Origin: Gammaproteobacteria bacterium
GTDB taxonomy: Bacteria > Pseudomonadota > Gammaproteobacteria > Thiohalomonadales > Thiohalomonadaceae
NCBI GenBank assembly: GCA_014859545.1
Contig: JACUTZ010000001.1
Span: 1 to 53,010, forward strand
Direction: 5' to 3'
Length of the DNA: 53,010 bases
Shown piece by piece: positions 1-9,255 of this stretch; the stretch's first letter is position 1; each line of letters starts with the position of its first letter. The notes under the pieces are model-generated. The model was not told the origin of the DNA. It did no database searches and saw nothing but the letters and a program-made list of their open reading frames with translations. Made by a program: the position numbers and the translations under genes.

Positions 1-219
1 TTTAGCTGAACGAAGCGGGGTTAAGGCCCGTCCATTCCCGCCGAGTAGCACAGTGGAAGGTGGAATAGCCCGCAGGGTGGCGCGCACGACGCGCGCCACT
101 TTGCAGTCAGGCCAGGGAAGGCCTGTCTGCAAAGCCCGACTGGAGCGAGCAACGCAGGGGACCCGAAGGGCGGGAATTTCGGGAGCGTTTCTTTGGGTAC
201 TTTCTTGTCGCGACAAGAA

Positions 220-320
220 AGTACCTCGCCCGCGGGGGCGAATTCCCCGCATTCAATACACGTCGCGGTAGCGACACAAAACAGTAAACTAAAGCATTTC
301 CCAGTAAATTACGAAGAACC
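220..320. repeat. Half copy (about 100 nt) of the long palindromic element that is complete at 19380-19624
   Basis: 221-320 aligns by eye, with only scattered mismatches, to 19519-19618 (gtacctcgcccgcgggggcgaa.tccccgcattcaat.cacgtcgcg.tagcgacacaaaac...tttcccagtaaa.tacgaagaacc). Confidence 0.75.
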
Positions 321-335
321 GATTTCATTAAGGGT

Positions 336-608
336 ATGGAAAAAGACCTCTTCCTCAAGGATAAGCGCACACAGCAAGCCGTGATAATGAGCCTCATCAT
401 CATCGGTGAGGCCGCCACAAAAATCATGGATGCATATCCCGAGTTTACCCTCCGCCATCACCAGCTGCCCTGGCACAACATGCGCGGGATGCGAAACAGG
501 ATAGCTCACGGCTACTTTGATATTAACCTGGATTTGGTCTGGGATACCGTACAGTCAGCATTACCACAACTACTAGGCCAACTATCCGCGCTCCAGCATG
601 ACAATTAG
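336..608 (+). CDS. HepT-like (DUF86) toxin-domain protein, apparently N-terminally truncated (90 aa)
   Basis: Contains IIGEAA and the Rx4HxY motif (RNRIAHGY) typical of HepT/DUF86. In-frame stop at 285-287, so no longer N-terminus is possible. No MNT partner gene upstream. Confidence 0.7.
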   Translation: MEKDLFLKDKRTQQAVIMSLIIIGEAATKIMDAYPEFTLRHHQLPWHNMRGMRNRIAHGYFDINLDLVWDTVQSALPQLLGQLSALQHDN

Positions 609-737
609 CTGATCACCTCGCTACATTCCCATCCAGCCTACCCAGATATCAACCGCTAGGATGGGCAAAGACCAAATTTTGTCCAACTTTCGAAAAATTT
701 GACCACTCCCCTCCCTGTCCGTATATTAGCGCCACGT

Positions 738-930
738 TTCAGGTGTTCCCTTGCCAGCTTGGATGGGAATGAAACGGGAAGTCGGTGCGCAGGCCTAGCC
801 TGCAATTCCGACGCTGCCCCCGCAACGGTAGGCGGTGCGTGCTTGGCCACAAAGCCACTGTGTCAAACGACATGGGAAGGCGGTCAAGCCGGGGAAACCC
901 ACACTGCGAGCCCGGAGACCGGCCTGGAAC
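738..930 (+). promoter_or_regulatory. Cobalamin (B12) riboswitch in the btuB leader
   Basis: Conserved riboswitch core strings: gggaa..ggtgcg...ctgcccccgcaacggta...gccactg...gggaaggc, and a B12 box agcccggagaccggcc at 909-924. Lies upstream of the TonB-dependent receptor gene. Confidence 0.85.
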
Positions 931-1057
931 CATTACGCCAGTACTGCGGTGGGCAGTGCGTGGGCAGATGGCTTCCCTCCGGCAGCACTCCGTCCCTCCT
1001 CCACCCGACTGGTTATTTCATAACCTCAATGCGCGGGTGAGCGCAGGGAAACAACAC

Positions 1058-2845
1058 ATGCAAAAGAAAACCCTTCTGACGGCCATGCTGGCCGCTGGCT
1101 ACGCCTTGTCTGTTCAGGCCGAGCAGTTCATTGAGCCCATCATCGTGACTGCGACACGTACCGCACAAACCGTCGACGAGACCCTCGCCTCGGTGACCGT
1201 GATCACCCGCGAGGAGATCGAACGACTGCAGCCAGCTCAGTTAAGCGATCTGCTGCAAAGCCGTGCAGGCATCCACATTACCAACAATGGTCCCTTCGGC
1301 AAAAACACCAGCCTGTTCATGCGCGGCAGCAACTCCGGCCACACCCTGCTGCTGATCGACGGCGTGCGCATGGGCTCAGCCACTTCCGGCGGTGCCTCAT
1401 GGCAGTTCCTCCCGGCCTCGGAGATCGAGCGTATCGAGATCGTGCGCGGCCCCCGTACCAGCATCTATGGCGCCGACGCCATCGGTGGTGTCATTCAAAT
1501 CTTCACCCGGCAGGGCACTGAAGGGTCGGCCCGTACCAATGCCCACGCCCGCATCGGCAGTTTCAACACCCGCGAGATCGGTGCTGGGGTGCGTGGCGGC
1601 AATGAACAAACCACCTACAGCCTGTCGGCCAGCCATCATGAAACAGACGGTATTAATCTCATTGAGAATATCGGGGATGACGAGCGTGACGGCTATCGCA
1701 ACACCTCTTTGTCACTCAACATCCGCCACCAACTGGAAAACAAGGTGGAACTCTTCACCAATGGCCTCTATTCGACCGGACAAACCGAATATGACGATGC
1801 CTCCTTCGATTCCCCCTACAGTGATTTTGTGCATGGCGCCCTTTCTGCCGGTCTCAAGGCTGCCATCAATGAGGCATGGCTGACCGAGCTCACACTCAGC
1901 TATGCCGCTGATCGCGCCAATGTCACAGACTCATGGCCTGGGTACTTCGATACCTTCAGGGATCAGATTGACTGGCGCAACGACTTCACCATTGGCAACG
2001 GAACTCTGCTCACCGCAGGTATTGATTGGCACCAGGATCGCGTGAAAAGCACGACGTCTTACGACGAGAACAGTCGCGATAATGTCGGTGTTTACCAAAT
2101 CCTGCAAACAGAGCTTAACCACCATAATTTGCAGGGCAGCCTGCGTTATGACGACAACGAGGCATACGGCAATCAAACGACAGGCGCGCTGGCCTGGGGG
2201 TATGCCCTCAGCCCGCAACTGCGCAGCCGACTTTCCTGGGGCAGTGCGTTCAAGGCACCCACCTTCAACCAGCTCTATTGGCCCGGTTTCGGTAATCCAG
2301 CGTTGCAACCAGAAGAGTCTGAAAGCTACGAGGTCGGCCTTCGTTACACCCAGGCAGAACACTTTTTCGATGTCGCCCTGTTCGAGACAACAATCAAAAA
2401 TCTCATCGCTGGGCAGCCCGTTGAGAACCTGCAAGCAAGGATTCGGGGAATCGAAGTGGATAGCCGGGTAAGCCTGCAAGACTGGACTGCCGCAGCATCA
2501 CTCACCCTGCTCAATGCCGAGGATCGCGACACCGGCAACGAACTGGCTCGCCGACCAGGGGAAACCCTGCGCCTCGATCTTGATTATCGTCTTGGTCATT
2601 ATAATCTGGGCAGCAGCGTGGTCGCGCAAGGTCGCAGCTATGAGAATGCAGACAACACCGACCGCATTGCTGGCCACGCCGTGCTCAATCTGCGTGGCGC
2701 ATGGCGGATGGATCGACACTGGACCTGGCGTGCCACGATCGACAATGTGTTGGACAAGGAATATGCCACCACCCGACACTGGAGCGGCACGAACTACAAC
2801 CAGCCCGGACGTGCCGCCTATCTCTCCGTCCACTACCAGCAGTAG
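1058..2845 (+). CDS. btuB: TonB-dependent outer-membrane cobalamin receptor
   Basis: Signal peptide MQKKTLLTAMLAAGYALSVQA, TonB-box-like EPIIVTATR, plug and barrel motifs (IEIVRGP.S.LYG). Sits behind the B12 riboswitch. ATG at 1058 preferred, because the longer ORF from 785 overlaps the riboswitch. Confidence 0.88.
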   Translation: MQKKTLLTAMLAAGYALSVQAEQFIEPIIVTATRTAQTVDETLASVTVITREEIERLQPAQLSDLLQSRAGIHITNNGPFGKNTSLFMRGSNSGHTLLLIDGVRMGSATSGGASWQFLPASEIERIEIVRGPRTSIYGADAIGGVIQIFTRQGTEGSARTNAHARIGSFNTREIGAGVRGGNEQTTYSLSASHHETDGINLIENIGDDERDGYRNTSLSLNIRHQLENKVELFTNGLYSTGQTEYDDASFDSPYSDFVHGALSAGLKAAINEAWLTELTLSYAADRANVTDSWPGYFDTFRDQIDWRNDFTIGNGTLLTAGIDWHQDRVKSTTSYDENSRDNVGVYQILQTELNHHNLQGSLRYDDNEAYGNQTTGALAWGYALSPQLRSRLSWGSAFKAPTFNQLYWPGFGNPALQPEESESYEVGLRYTQAEHFFDVALFETTIKNLIAGQPVENLQARIRGIEVDSRVSLQDWTAAASLTLLNAEDRDTGNELARRPGETLRLDLDYRLGHYNLGSSVVAQGRSYENADNTDRIAGHAVLNLRGAWRMDRHWTWRATIDNVLDKEYATTRHWSGTNYNQPGRAAYLSVHYQQ

Positions 2846-2924
2846 GCACCGGGGTGAGGACGGCTTTGCCGCGATACATGAATAAGCCGTCGCGGCCTAG
2901 CCGCCCCTCATAGCCAGAACTACT

Positions 2925-3749
2925 ATGAAAAAGAAACCCACCATCCTGATACTGCTATGGCTGCTGCTCAGCCCGCCCCTTGCGGTGGGTGAATCTTCCT
3001 GCCCACGCATCATCAGTCAGTCTCCCTATCTCACCCACACCCTGGATTGGCTGGGGCTGATACCCTGTATTGTCGGTGCCAGCCGCTATGATCAAGGCCC
3101 ATGGGCCGATACCGGCGGGGTCATCGACCCGGATATAGCAACCATCCGCGCCTTAGAACCACAGCTGGCCATCACTACCCATTGGACCGATCCGCAGCTT
3201 TGGGGCAGCCTGAAGGAAACGGGTAGTCGCACCCTGATCCTGGACGGCTTTCAGGGCATGGCACAGATCACCGACAAGCTGCGCCAGATTGCTGCTGCCA
3301 GCGGACTAAACAATGGTGAAACAATGGCCAGTGACTTCGAGCGGCAATGGCGCGATGCAGCTGGGCGGGTTGGCGGCCAGGGACAGCGCAGCCTGCTGAT
3401 CTCCCCCTGCGGCGGTCAGCCCTGGCTCTATGGTGAGGGCACCTGGCTTTACGAACTCTTCCAGGCGGCAGGCTTTGCAGTGCAGAGCATCGGCCCCGGG
3501 GTGCAACATGTATCGGTCAGTGAGGATGAAGATCACTTCGCCACACTACTGGAAAAAGAGCGGCCCGAACTGGTGTTTGCGTTTATCAACCCTGCCAGTG
3601 CATCCTGTCAGGCCTTGATTGCCTCCCGTCCGGTCAGCATTATCCCCTTGCCTGCCGAGCAATTTACCCATCCGGCCCCCGGCGTGGTGCTGGAAGGGCT
3701 GGAACAGCTGGCCGCGATGCGCGGACGCTGGCAAACCAACACGGAGTAA
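2925..3749 (+). CDS. Periplasmic binding protein (BtuF/FhuD-like fold), putative corrinoid or siderophore binding
   Basis: Signal peptide, then RIISQSPYLTHTLDWLGL...IVGAS.Y pattern typical of class III periplasmic binding proteins. Located in the B12 cluster. Confidence 0.65.
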   Translation: MKKKPTILILLWLLLSPPLAVGESSCPRIISQSPYLTHTLDWLGLIPCIVGASRYDQGPWADTGGVIDPDIATIRALEPQLAITTHWTDPQLWGSLKETGSRTLILDGFQGMAQITDKLRQIAAASGLNNGETMASDFERQWRDAAGRVGGQGQRSLLISPCGGQPWLYGEGTWLYELFQAAGFAVQSIGPGVQHVSVSEDEDHFATLLEKERPELVFAFINPASASCQALIASRPVSIIPLPAEQFTHPAPGVVLEGLEQLAAMRGRWQTNTE

Positions 3750-3751
3750 AT

Positions 3752-4357
3752 ATGAACGAAAACGACAAGAGCCAACGCCATGCCGAGCGCATGGCCCGTA
3801 AAAAAGCCGTGATCGATGAAAAGATCGAGGCGGCCGACATTGATCGCGGGATCATGTTGGTGCTCACCGGCAATGGCAAGGGCAAGTCCTCTTCGGCCTT
3901 CGGCATGCTGGGACGTGCACTCGGCCATGGCATGCAGGTGGGAGTGGCGCAGTTCATCAAGAACCGTTCCGACACTGGCGAGGAGGCCTTCTTTCGCCAG
4001 CAGCCGGGGGTGCAGTGGCATGTGCTGGGCGATGGCTTTACCTGGGACACGCAAAACCTTGCCCAGGATATCGCCACCGCCAAGCGCGGCTGGGCCGTGG
4101 CGCGGGACCTGTTACAAGACCCCTCACTGGGCCTGGTGGTGCTGGATGAACTGACCTATCCACTGGCCTATGGCTGGCTGGAGATGGAAGAGGTACTGGC
4201 AGATCTGGCCGCTCGTCCGGCCATGCAGCATGTGGTGATCACCGGGCGTGCCGCGCCACAGGCGCTGTGCGATGCGGCCGATACGGTGACGGAATTGCGC
4301 GATGTCAAACACGCCTTTCGCGCCGGGGTGCGGGCACAAAAAGGTGTAGATCTCTAG
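3752..4357 (+). CDS. cobO: Cob(I)yrinic acid a,c-diamide adenosyltransferase
   Basis: GIMLVLTGNGKGKSSSAFG P-loop, VAQFIK and VVLDELTY motifs characteristic of CobO/BtuR. Confidence 0.9.
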   Translation: MNENDKSQRHAERMARKKAVIDEKIEAADIDRGIMLVLTGNGKGKSSSAFGMLGRALGHGMQVGVAQFIKNRSDTGEEAFFRQQPGVQWHVLGDGFTWDTQNLAQDIATAKRGWAVARDLLQDPSLGLVVLDELTYPLAYGWLEMEEVLADLAARPAMQHVVITGRAAPQALCDAADTVTELRDVKHAFRAGVRAQKGVDL

Positions 4358-5250
4358 TGCCCGCGCTGTCGCCTGCGCTATTGCTGGCATTGCTTGGCCT
4401 GCTCTTGGGCAGCACGGCCCATGCCACCATTACGCTTGGCGACGATCTGGGCAATGTGATTACGCTGGAAAGACCGGCGCAGCGCATCATCAGCCTGGCA
4501 CCCCATGCCACCGAGCTGCTGTTTGCCGCCGGGGCCGGTGCGCAGATCGTCGGTGCCTCCAGTTTCAGTGACTACCCGCCCGAGGCGAAGCAGATCCCCG
4601 GCATCGGTGGCTATAACAATGTGGATATGGAACGGATCCTGGCACTGCAGCCAGACCTGGTGATCGCCTGGCACAGTGGCAATGGGCCACGCACCCTGGC
4701 ACGTTTGCGTGAGCTGGGCCTCACTGTCTATGCCAGTGAGCTGCGACAGCTGGAGGATATCCCCAACGCGATCGAGCGCATGGGCATCCTTACTGGCAAG
4801 GAACAGATTGCGCGTGTCGAAGCAGAGCGCCTGCGTGCACGGCTGACCACCCTCGGCCAGCGCTATCGCGATCAGGCGCCGGTGAGCGTGTTTTATCAAA
4901 TCTGGCATCAACCCCTGATGACGGTGGGCGGCGAGCACTTCATCAACGAGGTGATCCGCCTCTGCGGAGGTCGCAACATCATGGCGGCACAAGCCGTGCC
5001 CACCCTGAGCATTAGCGAGGAGGCGATCCTGCTGCACAACCCCCAGGTGATCATTGCCAGCGGCATGGGTGAACCACGTCCCGAGTGGGTGGAGAACTGG
5101 CGTCGCTGGCCACAGCTTGAGGCAGTGGCCCGGGGGCAATTGTTTTTCATCCATCCGGATCTGCTGCAACGCCCAAGCCCGCGCCTGCTCGAAGGCGCCG
5201 ACCAGCTGTGCGAGGTGCTGGAGCAGGTGCGCGAGGCGACAATGCAATGA
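4357..5250 (+). CDS. btuF: Vitamin B12 ABC-transporter periplasmic binding protein
   Basis: RIISLAPHATELLFAAGAGAQIVGASSFSDYPPEA... matches the BtuF pattern. GTG at 4357 overlaps the cobO stop (TAGTG) and precedes a signal peptide. The longer ORF start at 4267 lies inside cobO. Confidence 0.8.
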   Translation: MPALSPALLLALLGLLLGSTAHATITLGDDLGNVITLERPAQRIISLAPHATELLFAAGAGAQIVGASSFSDYPPEAKQIPGIGGYNNVDMERILALQPDLVIAWHSGNGPRTLARLRELGLTVYASELRQLEDIPNAIERMGILTGKEQIARVEAERLRARLTTLGQRYRDQAPVSVFYQIWHQPLMTVGGEHFINEVIRLCGGRNIMAAQAVPTLSISEEAILLHNPQVIIASGMGEPRPEWVENWRRWPQLEAVARGQLFFIHPDLLQRPSPRLLEGADQLCEVLEQVREATMQ

Positions 5251-6023
5251 ACACCCCGGCTCTCAGTCAGGTTCGTCGCCCATTATTTTGCCACCGACGA
5301 CTAGGCTGGTTCCTGCTGATCTCGCTATTGGGGCACCTGCTGCTATTGTGGCTGTGGCTGTCACTGCCACCCAGTAAACCCATAGCGGCCGAACCAACGG
5401 GTAGCATGCAACTACGCCTGCAAGCGACCACGGCAAAGGCCACGGACATGCCTGCACAAACCGAGCCGATAGCTGCCCCGGCGTTGCCCGCCCTCGACAA
5501 CACCCCTACACCCAAAGACATGACAGCCACGCCCTCTGCTCAGGGTCCAGCCAGTGCCACCAGACAGACTGAAACCGCACCGAAGTCACGCCCACCGCAA
5601 GCCGAGATTGACGTCGAAACCATCGCGGCCAGCCCGGCGCAGCCTTCTGCAGAGGCCGAGCAGGCCACCCCCATTGCGGCAATACAAACAGCAGACGAGA
5701 TCGCTGTCAGCACGCAGACAGCGGACGCCCCTGTAGCCGAGGAGGCGCAACATCTTCTCGGCCAGCTCCGCCATGAGCTGGCGCGGCATTTCCACTACCC
5801 GGCCCTGGCGGTGCGCCGGGGTTGGCAAGGTACCGTGCAGCTGGGTTTTGAGATCGATACGGGTGGTCGGATCAGCAATATCCATGTGGCGCAAAGCTCG
5901 GGCCATGCGCTGCTGGATCGTGCTGCGGTCTCGGCCCTGGGCCGGGTCGGGCAGTTATCACTACCGGTCAAGCATCATCACCAGTTACGTTTTCCGGTGA
6001 TGTACCGACTGGAAGAAGGCTAG
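5247..6023 (+). CDS. TonB-family energy transducer
   Basis: N-terminal TM helix, Ala/Thr/Pro/Gln-rich spacer, C-terminal TonB domain (YPALAVRRGWQGTVQLGFEIDTGGRISNIHVAQSSGHALLDRAA). ATGA overlap with the btuF stop. Confidence 0.8.
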   Translation: MNTPALSQVRRPLFCHRRLGWFLLISLLGHLLLLWLWLSLPPSKPIAAEPTGSMQLRLQATTAKATDMPAQTEPIAAPALPALDNTPTPKDMTATPSAQGPASATRQTETAPKSRPPQAEIDVETIAASPAQPSAEAEQATPIAAIQTADEIAVSTQTADAPVAEEAQHLLGQLRHELARHFHYPALAVRRGWQGTVQLGFEIDTGGRISNIHVAQSSGHALLDRAAVSALGRVGQLSLPVKHHHQLRFPVMYRLEEG

Positions 6024-6030
6024 GAAACAA

Positions 6031-6177
6031 GACCGCAACACAGAGGGCACAGAGCCCACAGAGAAATACATGGTGCAAGCTCTGATACCGACGTTACTGC
6101 AGCGGGAACAGCAGACTCATCACACATCGTCGGATCGACACTGCCTATCCTCCGTGTGCTCTGTGTGCTCTGTGTCA
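6031..6177. repeat. Periodic-arm inverted-repeat element, copy A (CACAGAG variant)
   Basis: Left arm accgcaacacagagggcacagagcccacagagaaa. Right arm tcctccgtgtgctctgtgtgctctgtgtc is its imperfect complement. Lies between the convergent tonB-like and pilR stops. Confidence 0.7.
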
Positions 6178-6217
6178 AAGGCTTTTGGTTTTTTCCTGGA
6201 GCGAGGCACCCCGCCAG

Positions 6218-7609
6218 CTATTCCAGCCCGAGTTTTTTGAGCCGGTAACGCAGCGCCCGAAAGCTGATCCCCAGGCGCTTGGCGGCGGCGGTCTTGTTAT
6301 TCTGGGTATGCTGCAGGGCATCCAGTAGCAGACGTCGCTCGATATTTTCCAAATAGGTTTCCAGGCCCAGCTCGGCCACCTGGCTGGCCTCGTCTGCCCA
6401 CTGCTGGGCGGGGGATGTGGTGCGGGCGGACAGGGCACGGGGATGCCCATGCAATTGCAGATCCTGCAACTGGATCGTCGCGCCCTCGCACAGCGTCATG
6501 GCGCGCTCCAGGATATTCTCCAGTTCGCGCACATTGCCGGGAAACGGATGTGCCAGCAGGGCCTGTTCGGCCTCCGCGCTCAGGCGCGGCACCGCAATCC
6601 CCATTTCCTCGGCCAATTGACGCAGAAAGTAGTCCACCAGTACCGGAACATCCTCGGTGCGCTCACGCAGATTGGGCAGATGCAGCTGGATCACATTGAT
6701 GCGATAGAACAGGTCTTCACGAAACTCGCCACTATCAACCCGTGCGCCCAGATCTTTATGGGTGGCGCTCAGGATGCGCACATTGACATGCTGTTCGTGC
6801 TGCGCCCCAACCGGGCGTACCGCCTTTTCCTGGATCGCGCGCAATAGTTTGACCTGCATCTCCAGGGGCAGATCGGCGACCTCATCCAGAAACAGGGTGC
6901 CGCCGTCGGCGGCCTGGAACAGCCCCTCCTTGTCGCTATAGGCCCCGGTGAAACTACCCTTTTTATGTCCAAACAATTCGCTTTCCATCAGGTCTGCCGG
7001 GATCGCCCCGCAATTGACCGCGACGAAGGGTTTGTCGGCACGTGGCCCCTGGGCGTGGATCAAACGCGCCACCAGTTCCTTGCCGGTGCCGGATTCACCA
7101 CTGATGTAGATCGGGGCCTGACTGCGGGCCAGCTTGCCAATCATCTGCCGCACATGGGTCATGGCCGGTGAATCGCCAAGTAATGGCTGGCTCCCCTCGG
7201 CACCCAGGCTGTCCGTTTCGGCAGCGGTCTCGCCCAGACGCAGGGCCGAGGCCACCAGCTCGCGCAAGGTCTGCAGCTCGACCGGTTTGTTGAGAAAATC
7301 AAAGGCCCCGGCCTTGAGGGCCTCGATGGCCGACTGCATATTGCCGTGGGCGGAGATCATCGCCACCGGCAACTGTGGATGATTCAGCTGGATGTGACGG
7401 ATCAGATCCATGCCACTGCCATCCGGCAGGCGCATATCGGTCAGGCACAGGTCAAAGTGTTGACTAGCCAGCAGGGCAAAGGCCTCATGAACCGTTTCAG
7501 CCTCTTTGCATTGCAACTGCATGCGCGACAGAGTCAGTGCCAGCAATTCACGAATATGTGGCTCGTCGTCGACGATCAATACCTGGTGGGTGGTTTGCAG
7601 ATCACTCAT
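6218..7609 (-). CDS. pilR: Sigma-54-dependent response regulator (NtrC family), PilR-like
   Basis: Receiver domain (LIVDDEP...DMRLPDG), AAA+ sigma-54 activator motifs (GESGTGKE, GAFTGA-like GSFTGA, ESELFGH), C-terminal HTH. Paired with a PilS-like kinase. Confidence 0.75.
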   Translation of the reverse strand: MSDLQTTHQVLIVDDEPHIRELLALTLSRMQLQCKEAETVHEAFALLASQHFDLCLTDMRLPDGSGMDLIRHIQLNHPQLPVAMISAHGNMQSAIEALKAGAFDFLNKPVELQTLRELVASALRLGETAAETDSLGAEGSQPLLGDSPAMTHVRQMIGKLARSQAPIYISGESGTGKELVARLIHAQGPRADKPFVAVNCGAIPADLMESELFGHKKGSFTGAYSDKEGLFQAADGGTLFLDEVADLPLEMQVKLLRAIQEKAVRPVGAQHEQHVNVRILSATHKDLGARVDSGEFREDLFYRINVIQLHLPNLRERTEDVPVLVDYFLRQLAEEMGIAVPRLSAEAEQALLAHPFPGNVRELENILERAMTLCEGATIQLQDLQLHGHPRALSARTTSPAQQWADEASQVAELGLETYLENIERRLLLDALQHTQNNKTAAAKRLGISFRALRYRLKKLGLE

Positions 7610-9243
7610 GACATTCCATCTACAGCTCGGCTCGAAAAGACCAGACGAAAACGGCTGCCGCCGCGCTCATCCGGCTCGTAACGCAATTGCGCCTGGTTAC
7701 ACTCGGCCAGTTCGCGGGCCAGATACAGGCCCAAACCAGTGCCCTTGCCCTGGGTGGTGTAAAAGGGCTCAAAAATGGTGCTGCGCAACTCTTCCGGCAC
7801 CCCAGGACCATTATCGCAGACATCGATATAGCCGTGGTTTTCGCCCATCCTGCCACAGACGATCCGCACCATGGGTCGGCCGACAGCAGGGTGGCCATGG
7901 CGCAGGCCATTTTCACACAGATTGCTGAGGATTTGGTGCAAGTGACCGGGGTCAAACCAGCAGCACAGACCATCCGGAACGCTCTCCAGACGGATCTGGC
8001 TATCGGCCTGCGGGTGGACATGGCCGAATTCCAGCAGGAAACGATACAGGCAATCGTTCAGGGTCAGTAACTGCGCCTGGGTACGATCACGTCGCCCCAA
8101 TTGCAACACGTTTTCGATGATGCTGTTAATCCGTTGCGACTGTTCGGCAATGATCTCGGTCAAACGACGGTCCGGATTTTCCAGCGCCGGGGATTCTGCC
8201 AGCAAGGCACCGGCATGACTGATCGCCCCGAGTGGATTACGGATCTCATGGGCAATACTGGCGGTGAGCCGCCCCAGCGAGGCCAGCTTGAGCTGCTGGG
8301 CATGCTGGGTGGTGGCCGCCGCGTCCTCCAGAAACAACAGCGCCCCATTCGCCTCGACACTACCAATGGGAATGCACTGCACCAGGACCTGATGCGGGCT
8401 GGACTGCGGGTTGATACGCCATTTCTGATCATGTCGGGCACGCTGCCATAACCGCAATTGCTCCTCCAGGTCATTGCCATAATCTTGCAGAGGGGCATTG
8501 GGTGGCAGAGTCGGCATGCCGAGCAGGCGCCAGGCGGCGCTGTTGATCAGCCGCACCCGCCGATCCGGCGCAACCACCATCACCCCAGTATGCATGTGCT
8601 GGATGATGTACTCGGTCAGCTGCGCCATATTGGCCAGGTCGATACCGCGCTGGCGCGCCAGCGCCTCACTCTCACGGGCACGGCGTGCCAGCACATGGGC
8701 GAGGATCGCGGTGGCAAACAGGGTAAAGCCCAGCATCCCGGCCAGGGAATAATTCACATGGGCTGGGTTGCCAAACCAGGCGCTATAGATTTGATCACCC
8801 AGCACCGCCAGCGAAGCCAGTGCGGCAAACAGACCAGAGATCCGCCCGGCAGCGATCATGCTGCCATTGGCGATACTGATCACCAGCAACATCCCCACTC
8901 CGCTGCTCACCCCACCACTGGCATGCATCAACACCACGATAAAGCCGATATCCGCCAGCATGTGGCTGGAGAGCTGAAACAGGAAGCCCGGCTTGCGTAC
9001 CCACAACGGATACATCGCCAGCAGGCTGAAGGCCACATAGGCCAGACCAGTGTAATAGAAAAGATCGGGCGCAGAGCTGCCCAGCGGCGGCGGCAGCTGT
9101 TCCAGCTGGAACAGAATCACCAGCAGCGCGGCAATAAAGAAGCGGTAGAGATTGAGAAAGCGCAGCGGTCGCCAGTTGTGTTCCTCACTGGCCAGAATGC
9201 TGGGCAGCGGGCTATTCAGGATAGGAGGCGGGCTCTGGCTCAT
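7606..9243 (-). CDS. pilS: Sensor histidine kinase with polytopic N-terminus, PilS-like
   Basis: Six predicted N-terminal TM helices, H-box ASIAHEIRNPL, and ATPase N, G1 and G2 boxes (DNGPG, GTGLGL). ATGA overlap with the downstream regulator gene. Confidence 0.7.
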   Translation of the reverse strand: MSQSPPPILNSPLPSILASEEHNWRPLRFLNLYRFFIAALLVILFQLEQLPPPLGSSAPDLFYYTGLAYVAFSLLAMYPLWVRKPGFLFQLSSHMLADIGFIVVLMHASGGVSSGVGMLLVISIANGSMIAAGRISGLFAALASLAVLGDQIYSAWFGNPAHVNYSLAGMLGFTLFATAILAHVLARRARESEALARQRGIDLANMAQLTEYIIQHMHTGVMVVAPDRRVRLINSAAWRLLGMPTLPPNAPLQDYGNDLEEQLRLWQRARHDQKWRINPQSSPHQVLVQCIPIGSVEANGALLFLEDAAATTQHAQQLKLASLGRLTASIAHEIRNPLGAISHAGALLAESPALENPDRRLTEIIAEQSQRINSIIENVLQLGRRDRTQAQLLTLNDCLYRFLLEFGHVHPQADSQIRLESVPDGLCCWFDPGHLHQILSNLCENGLRHGHPAVGRPMVRIVCGRMGENHGYIDVCDNGPGVPEELRSTIFEPFYTTQGKGTGLGLYLARELAECNQAQLRYEPDERGGSRFRLVFSSRAVDGMS

Positions 9244-9255
9244 ATCCCGCGACGA

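Noticed and set aside
53-427. ORFs 53-271 (+), 107-427 (-) and 193-384 (+)
   Set aside because: They overlap hairpin and repeat DNA, have Arg/Gly/Ala-biased junk composition, and show no motifs or SD.
785-1057. N-terminal 91-codon extension of the btuB ORF
   Set aside because: It overlaps the cobalamin riboswitch and is Arg/Pro-rich. The signal peptide begins at the ATG at 1058.
4267-4356. Longer btuF start at 4267
   Set aside because: It lies within cobO in another frame and is Arg/Cys-rich. The GTG at 4357 gives a normal signal peptide and translational coupling.
6031-6177. Periodic 8-9-nt units in the repeat arms as a possible CRISPR array
   Set aside because: The units are far too short, there are only 2-3 per arm, they are arranged as inverted arms with no repeat-spacer alternation, and no cas genes are in the window.
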